A stretch of DNA of 64,000 bases from Octopus vulgaris (taxonomy: Eukaryota). How positions within the stretch are numbered: the stretch's first letter is position 1; each line of letters begins with the position of its first letter. The notes beneath the pieces were generated by a model. That model was given only the letters and a program-made list of their open reading frames with translations, did not search any database and was not told the origin of the DNA. Positions 13,064 to 26,199 of the stretch are shown in pieces. The translations under genes and the position numbers were made by a program. Location of the stretch: positions 88,908,001-88,972,000 of the forward strand of contig OX597817.1 of the NCBI GenBank assembly GCA_951406725.2, in the 5' to 3' direction.

Positions 13064-13456
13064 AAGCGTCGAGCTGGCAGAATTGTTAGCACGCCGGGCG
13101 AAATGCTTTGCGGTATTTCGTCTGCCGCTACGTTCTGAGTTCAAATTCCGCCGAGGTCGACTTGCCTTTCATCCTTTCGGGGTCGATAAATTAAGTACCA
13201 ATTACGCACCGGGGGCGATATAATCGACTTACTCCGTTTGTCTGTCCTTGTTTGTCCTCTCTGTGTTTAGCCCCTTGTGGGTAGTAAAAAAATAGAAATA
13301 GGTATTTCATCAGATTTGAGTGCAAATTGTGCCGAGGTCGACTTTGCATTTCATCCTTTCGGGGTCGATAAAATTAGTACCAGTTACACACTGGAGTCGA
13401 TATAATCGACTTATTCCCTTCCTCCAAATTTGAGGCATTGTGCTTCCAGTAGAAAG
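13064..13456 (+). mobile_element. dimeric SINE family B with 17-bp target site duplication
   Basis: Two MetaSINE-like cores separated by a Tx1-like tail; gttatcttagcaagaaa at 13046-13062 and 13457-13473. Confidence 0.88.
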
Positions 13457-14148
13457 GTTATCTTAGCAAGAAATTACTACAGTTAAGCTTCCTTAAACGA
13501 TCTAAATGAGAGGAATCAAATACTGAAAATTACGTTAAAATTGGTACAATGGAAAAATATTTATGAAATGGTCAAATTTTAGGGTGATCACTAACGAATT
13601 TTGCGACATTGAAGGCTTTATAAATCTAACTTAAGAATAAAGTACAACGCAAATGGCTAGCGTTGTACCGATTTAAAATTTTGACTAGTTTCTGTCGCTT
13701 TCCAGTTTCGGTTTAGTTCCACCTGGATTTGAATATGGTGTTAAGAACCAATAGAAAATAGACGCGTTGTCTTTTCCCCCAGTACCAACGTAAAATATCC
13801 ATGTTTAACATCATTGAACTAGTCTATGTGCAATCAATATATAGTTATCAGAAGCCGTTATTAAAATGTATGTATAAAATGATATTTTTGTTTTGTCTTT
13901 TCTTCGAGATTTGACACTTGCCTACAAGTATTTTCCAGCGAGTGAGTCTTGTTCTCACTACAGAAGAATGGAATGATTCTCCTAGTACCAACTACAGCTA
14001 AAATATTGAGTAGAATTATTTTGTTCTATAGTAACTTATTCGATTTTATCTCCTATCTGCAAGGCTAAAAATTATGGTGTGTTTTTTTGAGGGACAGCGT
14101 TGGACAAGATAAAAGTTTTCCAATTTTTATCTGTTTTGAAACTAAGTA

Positions 14149-14670
14149 TCTACTATAATAATACACTTGTGTTTTTATCCGTCACAACATATGAATGAGA
14201 AACGAAGGGGTGGTAGATGAATAGGAAGGAAGGGGTGATGACAAACTGGTTGTGGGGTGATAGAAATTCTACGGTGAAGAAAAAATCAAACAACGTTTCA
14301 ACTCTGTGTGAATATATATGTGTGTAAATAAAAATGAGGTATGTGAATGTTTGTTTGTGTGTGTGTGTATACAATGGAAGTGGGATGGTGAACATTCAAC
14401 GCTGAAAAGAAAACTCAAACAACGTTTCAACTCTTGAGTATACGTGTGTATGTGTGTGCGTGTACAAGGAAAGTATGTGAGCGTTTATATGTGTGAACCA
14501 GCGTTCTTTCAGTAACAAATGATAATCTATGTCACATCTCAAAATGCAAACACTAGATAATAGGGAGAAGTGCATTAATTTGAATTACCATCCATATTCT
14601 TTGTTTTGTCCTTATTTATATATAAAATACTACAATTAGCCGTCATTTTTTACGGCACGGGGCCAGCTAG
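14149..14670 (+). mobile_element. non-autonomous Helitron (second family)
   Basis: A|TC start (tctactataataata), 3' hairpin gccgtcattttttacggc then CTAG|T; internal duplication of aaactcaaacaacgtttcaactct. Confidence 0.75.
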
Positions 14671-15458
14671 TGTTTAATAAATGATTTGTAGAGTGGAACT
14701 TAGGCGCAAAATCTCAGCCTTACAGGTGCAAAAATTAAGGGAAAATTTCGGTGCAAAAGATATCATTTTTCATTTCACTTTAATAAAAATGCCAAGATTC
14801 TTTGACAATAACATTGTTCTATGATTTAAAGCATAAATATGTCAATTTAAGCTCATTAATTAGGACATTTCACTTGTCATTTTCAAAACATGAGTTATTT
14901 TGTAATTGTTTGTTCAAAATTATTTTCTATGTTTATTTTCTTTCCAAATTGTGAAAATTAATCAATACTAATAATTGATAATTAAAATAATAAATTCAGC
15001 TGCTTAGCACCGAATTTAGAACTCTGAATTCTTTTAGGATAAATAAATGAAATATGTTATAATTTGGTAAATTAATGGAATTGGACATCAAAAAATTTTC
15101 ATTGTCGAATTTACTATATGAAAAAGATTTATATATAAACGATTAGAAAAAATAATTATTTACATTTGAATATCAATAGAACAAAAAACTTCAAACTGCT
15201 TTTTGAAAATATTGAAAATTGAAAAAAAGAAATGTTGGTTTTAGTAAATTTGTTATTCAAAAAGTTAGTTATTCTTTTGCTCAATTTTCTATCGCTTTCT
15301 TCCTGCGTAATGGTGACACCAAGTGCTATCACAATGTTCTACATCACGACATCTAAAGCATTACCAAACTGGTTTATCTGATGCTTATTTTGTCATATTG
15401 ATGAGATGCACATCTAAATCCTGATGAGCACACTCGTGGTGTGCTCAAGGTATGTATC

Positions 15459-15855
15459 CTTTTCTACTCTAGGCACAAGGCCCGAAATTTTTTCGAGAGG
15501 TGACCAGTCGATTAGGTCGACCCCAGTACACAACTGGTACTTAATTTATCAACTTCGAAAGGATGAAAGGCAAAGTCGACCTCGGCGGAATTTGAACTCA
15601 GAACGTAGCGGCAGACGAAATACCTATTTCTTTATTACTCACAAGGGGCTAAACACAGAGAGGACAAACAAGGACAGACAAACGGATTAAGTCGATTATA
15701 TCGACCCCAGTGCGTAACTGGTACTTATTTAATCGACCCCGAAAGGATGAAAGGCAAAGTCGACCTCGGCGGAATTTGAACTCAGAACGTAGCGGCAGAC
15801 GAAATACCGCTAAGCATTTCGCCCGGCCTACTAACATTTCTGCCAGCTCGGCGCC
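15459..15855 (-). mobile_element. dimeric SINE family B
   Basis: Reverse complement of the 13064-13456 architecture; imperfect flanking repeat tgctcaaggtatgtatc / tgctcgaggtatatgtatc. Confidence 0.88.
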
Positions 15856-17539
15856 TTGCTCGAGGTATATGTATCGAAAATGTGAACGTGACTACATACT
15901 TTGGCCACAAACTGGTTCATTCACATTTGCTGCTTTCTGACAGGCGTTGCTCATTTCATCTACTGACGTTTTTCTCAATGGCTCGGATTCCTCATTGGCA
16001 TTTTTACGCGAATGAATTTACCTAGTTTCAGGTGGACCCGAGCTTTGTAAACCCGCCAGGCACCTGTACGTTATGGGCCTTGTAATACTTGTATCGCAAT
16101 GATCCTGTATGAAAATTATGCTAAGAGTATTTATATCTGTAGAATACTCAACCACTTCACACGCTAATTTAAATGAACCGGTAGTTTACTTGATGTAACA
16201 ACTAAACTCGTACATGTCAAAATCGATATGAGACTCCATCATGCTGAAGATCGTCTTTCTCTCTAAGACACAACCGGAGGAGGAAGCGAATTTTGAATTG
16301 TAAACCAAACGAAACTAGTCAAATATAAAATAGTACTGACTCTGTATACAAATGTGAAATGTACCACAGCGTGGTATTCATTTGCGACTAGGCTGTCGGA
16401 CAATTTGTGAGATAAGTACTTTGGTCATTAATATTTTCATATCGCTGGTGGAAGGGTAGGACCATTAACCCGTCCCCTTGCTGGTTGTTCTACACTTAAC
16501 TGATTTGATCAATTGGATAAATGAGGTTTTTTTCGTATTTCTCTTTTACTTCGTACTGGGACAGTTATCGATTGCTCCTCTTTGTTGCCCTCTTTGCGCG
16601 ACATACCTGTGTGGTCTGAAGGAGGAGAGGTATGTCTTGTGGTATTGTTTTGAGTTTTGGAGGCTCTGTTACTGTTGGTGATGTTCCTGCTGTTAAGATT
16701 GTTTTGTTCCCGTTGTTACTCCTGCCATAGTTACTATTATCTTTTATTCGTGCAGTTGCTACTGCTGATTATACTGTGGTAGTTGTTATTGCTGCTGCTG
16801 TTGTTGTTTTTCCTACTGTTATGGTTGCACGCCATTGTTGAAATTGTAGTTGTATTTGTAGTGTTTGAAGCAGCGGGGTTTCCTATTCTCATCTGCTGTT
16901 GTGGACATAGGCTCTGAGGTTGTTGGTGTCACCACATATATAACCCCTAGGTTTTCTTCATTCCACCATGACATAAAGTTCTACCGCATTTGGTAGCTGG
17001 TTTAGATCCTGAATCTTGTTCAGGTATTCAGCTTTCTCAAGTAATAGGATCTGTACCAGACTGATTCTCCTGTCTATCTTTTTTAAAGTATTCGAGTTGT
17101 TTTGGCTCTAATGGTCCAACAGATATCTTCTCCCTCATTCTCTGTCTTCTTAAATAAGTGGGAATGAAAACAAATTCCTCACCCCTACAGAACACAAAAA
17201 ATGCTTCGCTGCTAGAGCCCCTTTGAGAAGTTGCACTTCGAGGGCACCAAAATTGGTTCGCAAACATTTCTCACAATTATTTCTCCATTAGAGCGTGCGA
17301 GACTGTTTCGGGGTTTGATTGATTGATACACACTAACACTCCTGTAGACAGTTGTTCGTCTGTAAGTCTTTTCCTGAAGCTGTGGAAGTTCTTCTAATGT
17401 ATCTCTTCGTTGACAAATTTTTACTAGCTATTCAGCGTTTTTAGGGTCACCTGACATAGAAACCTGGATGATGTTTGTAATTTCTCTAGAAAGAATTAAG
17501 CATTTGGGGTACTGGTGCTTCTACTACTTTGAGCCGTCA

Positions 17540-18011
17540 CATTGATAGTAGACAGCATAACTGTCTTGTTTGATATAATAGTATCTGTCAAAATCTACTC
17601 AAAGTTGAGCAAGTACAAATATCTTAAAACAGAAATTGGTTGTAAGTGTCATAAGAATAATAGCAAAAGGGGATGATTATTATCCATCTAAAATATCAGG
17701 GAATCAAAAAATGGAACAAATTCAGGAAGTGGTACTCAAGGTGACTGCTCAGATCCTACGAAAAATACTGTCTTTATAACTCAAAAGCAATCTTTTTTCA
17801 CAAAAGCACATTTTCTAAAACAATACTCCTTACGAACTCAAGGTACACAATTAAAGCATAAATCTCTCTCACCGAACTACATTCTTCCCACAAAACATGG
17901 TAGCTATCAGCCATCCTACTCATAATGCCCTCTTGAACTTAAAACTTATTTCTTGAAAGCTCTGGGAGATACTTGGATTTAGTTCGTACACACGCAAAGC
18001 AAAATCCAAAC
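17540..18011 (+). mobile_element. decayed 3' end of an R4/Dong-like LINE (RLE C-terminus plus 3' UTR)
   Basis: KLSKYKYLKTEIG...IQEVVLKVTAQILRKILSL*, ending in (TAA)n. Confidence 0.6.
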
Positions 18012-18063
18012 ATAATAATAATAGCAACAACGACAACAACAACAACAATAATAATAATAATGA

Positions 18064-20275
18064 TAAGGAACCCATAAAAAGCTGGCTTAGAAATTTAATG
18101 AAATACTAGCAGAGCCAGAGACAATGCTTGAATGGCTCACAGAAGGGAAAACTATCCTAATTCCCAAAAACACTGAAACAGCAAACCAACACAATTACAG
18201 ACTGATAACTTGTCTCTCTACAATTTATAAAGCCCTTACTGCAATAATATCGCTGAGAAGGGGCAAACATCTGGAAGAGAACAACCTGTTTTCAGAAGAG
18301 CAGAAGGGATGCTGCAAGGGATCAAACGGCTGTAAAGATCAGCTACTGAAGACAGCCGCAAAAAGAAGAAGGCCTGGATCGATTACTGAAAGGCTTTTAA
18401 TGGTATTCCCCACACATGGATCCTAGAAACACTGGCCACGAATAAGGTAGCGCCAATAATCATCAAATATATGAAACATTCCATGAATAAATGGCACACA
18501 GTGCTACAGCTCCAGACAAAAGAATGACTCATAAAAATCAAAGCCATCCCCATTAGAAGAGGAATATACCAGGAAGACACACTCTCTCCACTCCTTTTCT
18601 GCTTCGCACTGACACCTTTATCTGACATGCTAAACAGAACTGGATGTGGATACAACTGTTATGGCAAAACGATCAGCCATCTCTTGTATATAGATGACCT
18701 AAAACTGTACGCTACAAATGGCAAATTGCTGGAAACATTACAACAGACAGTACATGGATTTACCAAAGAAAGAAACATGAAATTTAGCTTAGAAAAATGT
18801 GCTAAAGGAACCCTGAAAAGAGGAAAACTAGTTAAGAGTAGCAATATCACACTAGATAAAGCAAATGAAATAAGAGAATTAAATCAAAGCCAGACATACA
18901 AATACTTAGGAATCAATGAACTAAATAAGATACAACACACACAAATGAGAGAGAATTAGAAAGGGATACTATAGATGGGTTAGATTATTACTGAAAACAG
19001 CTCAATGCGAAAAACAAGATAATAGGTATCAACACTCTAGCCGTCCCAGTTATAAGTCACAGCTACAAAATTCTTAACTGGACTCTAATCAAAATAGGAA
19101 AACAAGAAAAATAATGACAGGATTCAGGATGCACCACCCAAAATCTGGCATAGAAAGGCTATATATACAACGTATCGAAGGTGGTAGAGGCCTTATACAG
19201 CTAGAGAACTATTACTGAATAAGCACCAAAGGACTACAAAATACCTACTTCAGAAGCAAGGAAAACTAATACAAGTAGCCACAAAACACGAAAAAACAAA
19301 AAAAAAAACTGTTTTCAGTCTTTAAGGAAGCTGACGAGTACAAAAAGAAGTCATAGTACCTAACAACTATAAAGAAAATGAAGAAGCAACAAAAGCTGTA
19401 AAACAACTAGAACAGCAACAGATCATAATAAAACGATGGCAAAAAAAGCCCCTTCATGGCAAATATTGGGTTAAGCAAAATCCCAACAATAGATGAGACG
19501 CTCAGGACTCAAAGCAGAGACTGAAAGATTTTTAATTGCAGCACAAGACCAAAGCCTCCCCACCAGAAATTACCAAAAACATGTAATGAAAAGAAATATA
19601 ACAAGTAACTGCAGAATATGTGGGGATGGAGAAGAAACAATAAATCATATTATCTCTGGCTACTCAGTCTTGGCTAAGAAGGAATATATTCACAGACACA
19701 ACAGTGTTGGGACGTATATACACTGGAAGCTGTGCTAACATTGTGGAATAACAACAGAAAAAGATGGTATAGGCACACGCCAGAAAAGATCACAGAAAAT
19801 GAGAAAGCAACCATATTCTAGGATATGCCAATACACACAGATAGAGAAATTAAGGCCCACAGACCAGATATAGTTGTCAGAGATCACCAAGAAAAAAAAA
19901 ATGCTTTCTAAGCGATGTATCAATATCAACACATGACAATGTTTCTCTAAAAGAAACGGAGAAACTTTCAAAATACAAAGATCTGGAAATGGAGGTCACT
20001 CGAATGTGGAGCCCAAAACAGAAACAATCCCTTTCATAGCAGGCGCATTATGTATGATTAAAAACATTCAGACAAATACATAACAAAAACCAGAATTTAC
20101 AAGTATATATAACATACAGAAAATAGCATTGCTAGGCACCGCACATATCCTACGTAAAACACTTTCAATACAGTGAAAATAATATCACCACAACAAACCA
20201 CAGTACATACCCAAGGTACACAGAGCTGTGTTCGGTAGTGTAGTAAAAGCACGTGATAAATAAAAAAGACTACTG
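18064..20275 (+). mobile_element. R4/Dong-like non-LTR retrotransposon, 5' truncated, pseudogenised
   Basis: RT motifs WLTEGKTILIPK, NYRLITCL, EQKGC, GIYQEDTLSPLLF, LLYIDDLK, YKYLG; zinc knuckle CRICGDGEETINHIISG; RLE motifs RHN, RPDIV, KLSKYKDL; (TAA)n on both sides. Confidence 0.92.
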
Positions 20276-20287
20276 AATAATAATAAT

Positions 20288-20424
20288 CGTTTCAAATTTT
20301 GCCACAAGGGCAGCAATTTTGGGGGAGGGGACGAGTCGATTATATCGATCCCGGTGTTCGACTGGTACTTATTTTATCGATCTCGAAAGGATGAAAGGTA
20401 AAGTCGACTTCGGCAGAATTTGAA
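20288..20424 (-). mobile_element. SINE family B, 5' truncated
   Basis: Core ctggtacttattttatcga...gaaaggatgaaagg between (TAA)n runs. Confidence 0.75.
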
Positions 20425-20444
20425 AATAATAATAATAATAATGA

Positions 20445-21465
20445 TTTCTGTATTAACCACAAATGTTCACATTATAAAAAAAAAACATTATGGGCAGTAC
20501 AGAACAAAACAAAAATGTGTGTGTATTGTGAAGGTTTTGCGTGTAAACAAGACCAACAAACTTTTAAAAATATCAGCAATGTGTGATCCTCAATAGGGCT
20601 CATGGGTACCCTGACTTTTGGGACAGGTGCCTTTTTTCCTTTCCTTTCTTTTCAACTACAGGCGTATGCTCAGGACAGGTCCGTTCACTCTCACCATTCT
20701 TGCCACTTTCATCCACCTTTCAGCAAACTGGCTAGAAGACAACACTTCTCTCTCTACCCTAATATTCCTTTTCAAGTGAAACTTGAAGAAGTTGATCAGG
20801 GATTGGCCAAAGAGAAAAGTGTTTGTCTTCAGCCACTTCAATCTCGTCCACCAAACAACTTCTTTCGCCATGGCTACCAGGCATATAAACATAGCCTTTC
20901 CTTCTCGGTTAAAGGGAAGAGGCGGGGCGATCTTCATGATGGATTCAGTTGACAGCCGGATCCGTCACGTACGCGACAGCAGGTCTTCGACATAAACCTA
21001 CAGGTCAGCAATGCTCGGGCACTAGACGAGTGCATGCAGGACTGTCTTGATGTACTGCGCGCATCTCGGATATGCTCGGCTCACGGCACTTCCGTGCCTG
21101 TAAAGTTTATCACGAACAGGCAAAGCTCCCCGGTAACACTGCCAGGCCAGAGATTTTTGGAAATTATCCATCGGTCCGGTGCAGAAGGTTCTCCGGAAAA
21201 GAGCGGCTAGTTGATCTTCTTCGACGCCCAAGGTCTCTCCAAGAACGTCGTCGCACTTTTCTTCCACTAATCCGCTATAAAAAGTTAAAGTTGACGTCCC
21301 ACCTATCGCAATGTCCGATTGGCTGAGGGCTGTGAGCGCTTGAAGATATTTCACTTTCCAAATGCTCCCTCTCGGTTTCTGTTCTACCTAGGACTACAGG
21401 TCCGTTAAACAAACAAGCTACGGAAATACGTGTCTCGCGAAAGACGACCACACCTGTTCACCGTC
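20445..21465 (-). mobile_element. Tx1/L1-like LINE 3' fragment
   Basis: GPMDNFQKSLAWQCYRGALPVRDKLYRHG and VAMAKEVVWWTRLK..GQSLINFFKFHLKR; paralogous to the element at 60437-63520. Confidence 0.88.
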
Positions 21466-21617
21466 AAGAAAGAAGAAGAAAGAAGGAGGAGGCGGAGAAG
21501 AAGAAGGAGAAGAAGAAGAAGAAGAAGAAGAAGAAGAAGAAGAAGAAGAAGAAGAAGAAGAAGAAGAAGAAGAAGAAGAAGAAGAAGAAGAAGAAGAAGA
21601 AGAAGAAGAAGAAGAAA
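21466..21617. repeat. (GAA)n microsatellite
   Basis: Long, nearly pure GAA run. Confidence 0.97.
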
Positions 21618-21784
21618 AGATATTCTCTATTGATCTCTGTGCACCGAAATAACAGCACAGCTGCAGCAACAACAGTTTGTGGTTGTTGTTGCTGTTGCAG
21701 TACTTATTAGTGTGGTCTGGTGCAGTGAACAGCTGATAGCAACGGGGTTAGGTTACTGCTGCTTATACTATCATTCTAACTGTT

Positions 21785-22440
<656 letters not shown>

Positions 22441-22663
22441 TCACTAAATCTTGTGGTAGTTGTTCATAAACTGTAGGCCAACTCAGCTCAAAAGCGTTCC
22501 AGCACCGACTCCATTGCCTCTTCATGCCAGATCCTGCGTGTCTACTAGAATTCATGGCTCAGTCTTAATATAATACAGCATGTCCGGATTTGTCTTTTAC
22601 CCTTTTATCTCTTATTTGTTTCTGTCATTGGACAGCGGCCATGCTGGGATTTTAGTATATACA

Positions 22664-22866
22664 CGAGGTGGTGCTGAAAAGTTTCTGGCTTTAAGGATAT
22701 CGCGAAAGACCTGGTTAGAGGCCCAGCCTTCTGAAATATTTTGCAGGGATTAGAAAAACTGAAGGACTGCTGCAATAAGAGGGCAATGTGTTGAATAAAA
22801 TCATAATTAACTGATCCTCCTGTATTTTCTTTTACTCAAAACCAGGAACTTTTCAGCAGTCCCTCG
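22664..22866 (+). mobile_element. mariner-derived MITE (~200 bp)
   Basis: TIRs cgaggtggtgctgaaaagtttctggcttt / aaaaccaggaacttttcagcagtccctcg; internal GLEKLKDCCNK resembles a transposase C-terminus. Confidence 0.8.
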
Positions 22867-22951
<85 letters not shown>

Positions 22952-22962
22952 CTGTATGTATC

Positions 22963-23018
<56 letters not shown>

Positions 23019-23021
23019 CAG

Positions 23022-23173
23022 AGGTTTCCGCCTACCAAGTTTGCTCACAAGGATTTGGTCGGTCCGAGGTTATAATAGAAAAGACACTTGCTCAAGATTC
23101 CACTCAGTGAGCCTGAACCCGGAACCATGTGGTTGGAAGCAAACTTCTTTCCGGACAGCCACGCCTGCGCCTA
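23022..23173 (-). mobile_element. SINE family A head
   Basis: Reverse complement of taggcgcaggcgtggctgt...ccaaccacatggttccgggttcag. Confidence 0.75.
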
Positions 23174-24237
23174 TAGTGGTATTTGACTGCTATTCCAAGC
23201 AGGTTGAGGGATTATATGGTGGTTCTAATCAGAAGGGAAAAGTCGATTCAGCCTATGAACTGGAAGTGCAGTATTTAATTACTTGAACTATCCCAAGCAC
23301 AATCAAGGAATTTTTATTTTTCGTGGGAGCTTCAAGAATTCGCAATTTTAGCGCCTCACTTCATTCGTATCTGAACTTTGATATGCTGACAGCATTCACA
23401 TGCAACCAAGGCGCCTAACACCAATAAATAAAACTCGAAAATATCTTTCAAGGTGGATATTTTCAGCTAAACTCTTTCAACATCATACATAGAAAATAAG
23501 TGCTCACTATGGTGTAAGCATCAGTTGGTAAACGGCTGGAATATTTTTCGTCAAAGGTAAACTGGAGCTAAACAATAACGGCAAGACAACGCAGGAACTT
23601 CTTTATGGCTGATCGAAATTGCTGGAAACAGTAGCCAAATTCTTCCCCAAATCTCATCCCAACAGATTTCTAAAGAAGGACGCATTAGATAATGTAATCT
23701 TTAAGAGGCCAAAATGAAAATGTATAGTTTTGACTGGAATGGCAGCGATCATAGGTCTGCTGGACCAAACTAAACCTAACGTTAAACAACAACAACAGCA
23801 GCAGCAGCATCAGCAAGAACTGCAACAATGACAACAACAACAGCAGCAGCAAAGTAGCAGCAGCAGCAATAGTAACAACAACAACGTTAGTCCGCTAGAT
23901 GGTCTATTTGATTTTCATTGAAAGTCAGTTGGTCGTTCTCGTTTAAAAATGTATTTGTTGTTTTTAATTATCTCCGGATCAGTAACCCCATGTCCAGAAG
24001 TGCTCCAGCCACGACCGTTCCATCATTTCAGATTTAATACATCCTGGATTGCATTACACAATATCCATTTTTTAAAATATGGTATGATTTGAGGAAAATT
24101 TAGCTGCTATTTCTATTACGATGAATAACTAAGCAGAGGCCCCTTTCAGCTCTTATGGTTTTGATATTGTTTAATCCCAAGCCAACTAAACCTATCGTCA
24201 GATTCCAATCATGACCATCGTGTCTTTTTTCAGACAT

Positions 24238-24382
24238 AGGCGCTGGTGTGGCTGTATCATAAGGAAGTTCTTGGGTCTGTTCTACTGCGTGGCACCTTGG
24301 GAAATGTCTTCTATTATAGCTTCGGGCCAACCAAAGCCTGTAAGTAGATTTGGTAGACAGAAACTGAAAGAAGCTCGTTGTA
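24238..24382 (+). mobile_element. SINE family A head
   Basis: aggcgctggtgtggctgt...ctgcgtggcaccttgggaaatgtcttctattatagc...gaaactgaaagaagc then (CA)n. Confidence 0.75.
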
Positions 24383-24383
24383 T

Positions 24384-24451
<68 letters not shown>

Positions 24452-24481
24452 ATACAATTCTAGGATGGAATTTATAAATAT

Positions 24482-24770
24482 TTAATACAGTATAGTCCGT
24501 ATTATCCGTGGGTATCTGGTTGATCATCATCATTGATTCATTTCATCAGGCGATACTGCATTAGTGGATGAATCACAGAAGGATGTTTATCCCTTCTTCC
24601 CAGTATGAAGGCTAATCTGGCTATGAGGGTATCCCTTCTTGAAGTATCACCTGGCAAGTAGGAATAAACATCACTGTGATTCATCCACTAATACAGTATC
24701 GCCTGATGAAATGGATCAATGATGATGATCGACCGGATGCCCACGGATAATACGGACTATACTGAATTAA
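24482..24770. repeat. fold-back inverted repeat, ~120-bp arms, ~47-bp loop
   Basis: 24482-24603 is the reverse complement of 24651-24770 with few mismatches. Confidence 0.92.
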
Positions 24771-24819
24771 TCCCAAGGATACGGACTCCGATGTTAAAAT
24801 CATATATATATATGTTAAA

Positions 24820-24866
<47 letters not shown>

Positions 24867-24904
24867 GTTTAAATATTTGTTGTGCAAGATTTTTTATGTA
24901 TATA

Positions 24905-24948
<44 letters not shown>

Positions 24949-24991
24949 AGTCAAATTGCGATAAAATAAAATTAATTATTATCGCTGGTGA

Positions 24992-25028
<37 letters not shown>

Positions 25029-25034
<6 letters not shown>

Positions 25035-25240
25035 TAGTTATCGCCAAGCTAATATGGTAGTCCAGAAATATAGGACGAATGCTGCCGTTGATTAGCTCCA
25101 AGAGGTCATCGCCTGTAGCAATCTATGCGACACACGAACCTGTGTCCATTATAACCTTTCTGGACTGCCATATTAGCTTGGCGATAACTATTAATATCCA
25201 GTTCCGCTGCCGTAGTCCCCTTTAGAGATACTTAGAAATT
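25029..25240. repeat. (TA)n-embedded element with 40-bp inverted arms and a one-sided extension
   Basis: 25029-25068 versus 25157-25196 (one mismatch); unique 25197-25240; (TA)n on both flanks. Confidence 0.88.
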
Positions 25241-25244
25241 TATA

Positions 25245-25287
<43 letters not shown>

Positions 25288-25289
<2 letters not shown>

Positions 25290-25657
25290 CCACATGGTTC
25301 CGGGTTCAGTCCCACTGCGTGACACTGTGGACAAGTATCATCTACTATAGCCTCGGGCCGACCAAAGGCTTGTGAGTGGATTTGGTAGATGGAAACTGAA
25401 AGAAGCCCGTCGTTTACACACACATACATACACACACACACACGCACACATATATGTATATGTTTGTGTGTCTGTGTTTGCCCCCCCCCCCAACATCGCT
25501 TGACAACCGATGCTGGAGTGTTTATGTCACCGTAACTTAACGGTTCAGCAAAAGAGACCAATAGAGTAAGTACTAGGTTTACAAAGATTAGTTCGACTAA
25601 AGGCGGAGCTCCAACATGGGCGAGTCAAATGACTGAAACGAATAAAAGAATAAAAGA

Positions 25658-25660
<3 letters not shown>
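25288..25660 (+). mobile_element. SINE family A, 5' truncated
   Basis: Collinear with 6139-6510 and 47492-47900. Confidence 0.85.
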
Positions 25661-25742
<82 letters not shown>

Positions 25743-25743
25743 T

Positions 25744-25868
<125 letters not shown>

Positions 25869-26035
25869 CATCACCGTAACTTTAGTAATTCGGTAGAAGA
25901 GACAGCTAAAATAAGTGCCAAATTAAAAAAAAGAATACTGGGGTTGATTTATTTGACTAAATCCTTCAAGATGATTCCAGCTTGAACGCACTCCAGTGAC
26001 TGAAACAAGTATAAGTGATGTGTGTATGTGTGTGC

Positions 26036-26098
<63 letters not shown>

Positions 26099-26199
26099 CG
26101 TGATTTCTGAGAGTGATATAAATTTCGAGTAGTTATGCAGCTGTGTCTGGAAAATGGTAAAAGGATTTAATACTTTGTTATTTGCATATATAACTGCGT

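Noticed and set aside
15395-15900. Possible hammerhead split by the SINE dimer insertion
   Set aside because: Requires reconstruction, and the core and stems I/III remain imperfect.
16223-16325. CTGAAGA...GAAActagTC motif
   Set aside because: The minimal stem III is suggestive, but there is no convincing stem I or II.
16440-17300. Possible decayed minus-strand retroelement N-terminal region (NxSNQLSVEQ..SKG)
   Set aside because: Only a few residues match across stops and frameshifts.
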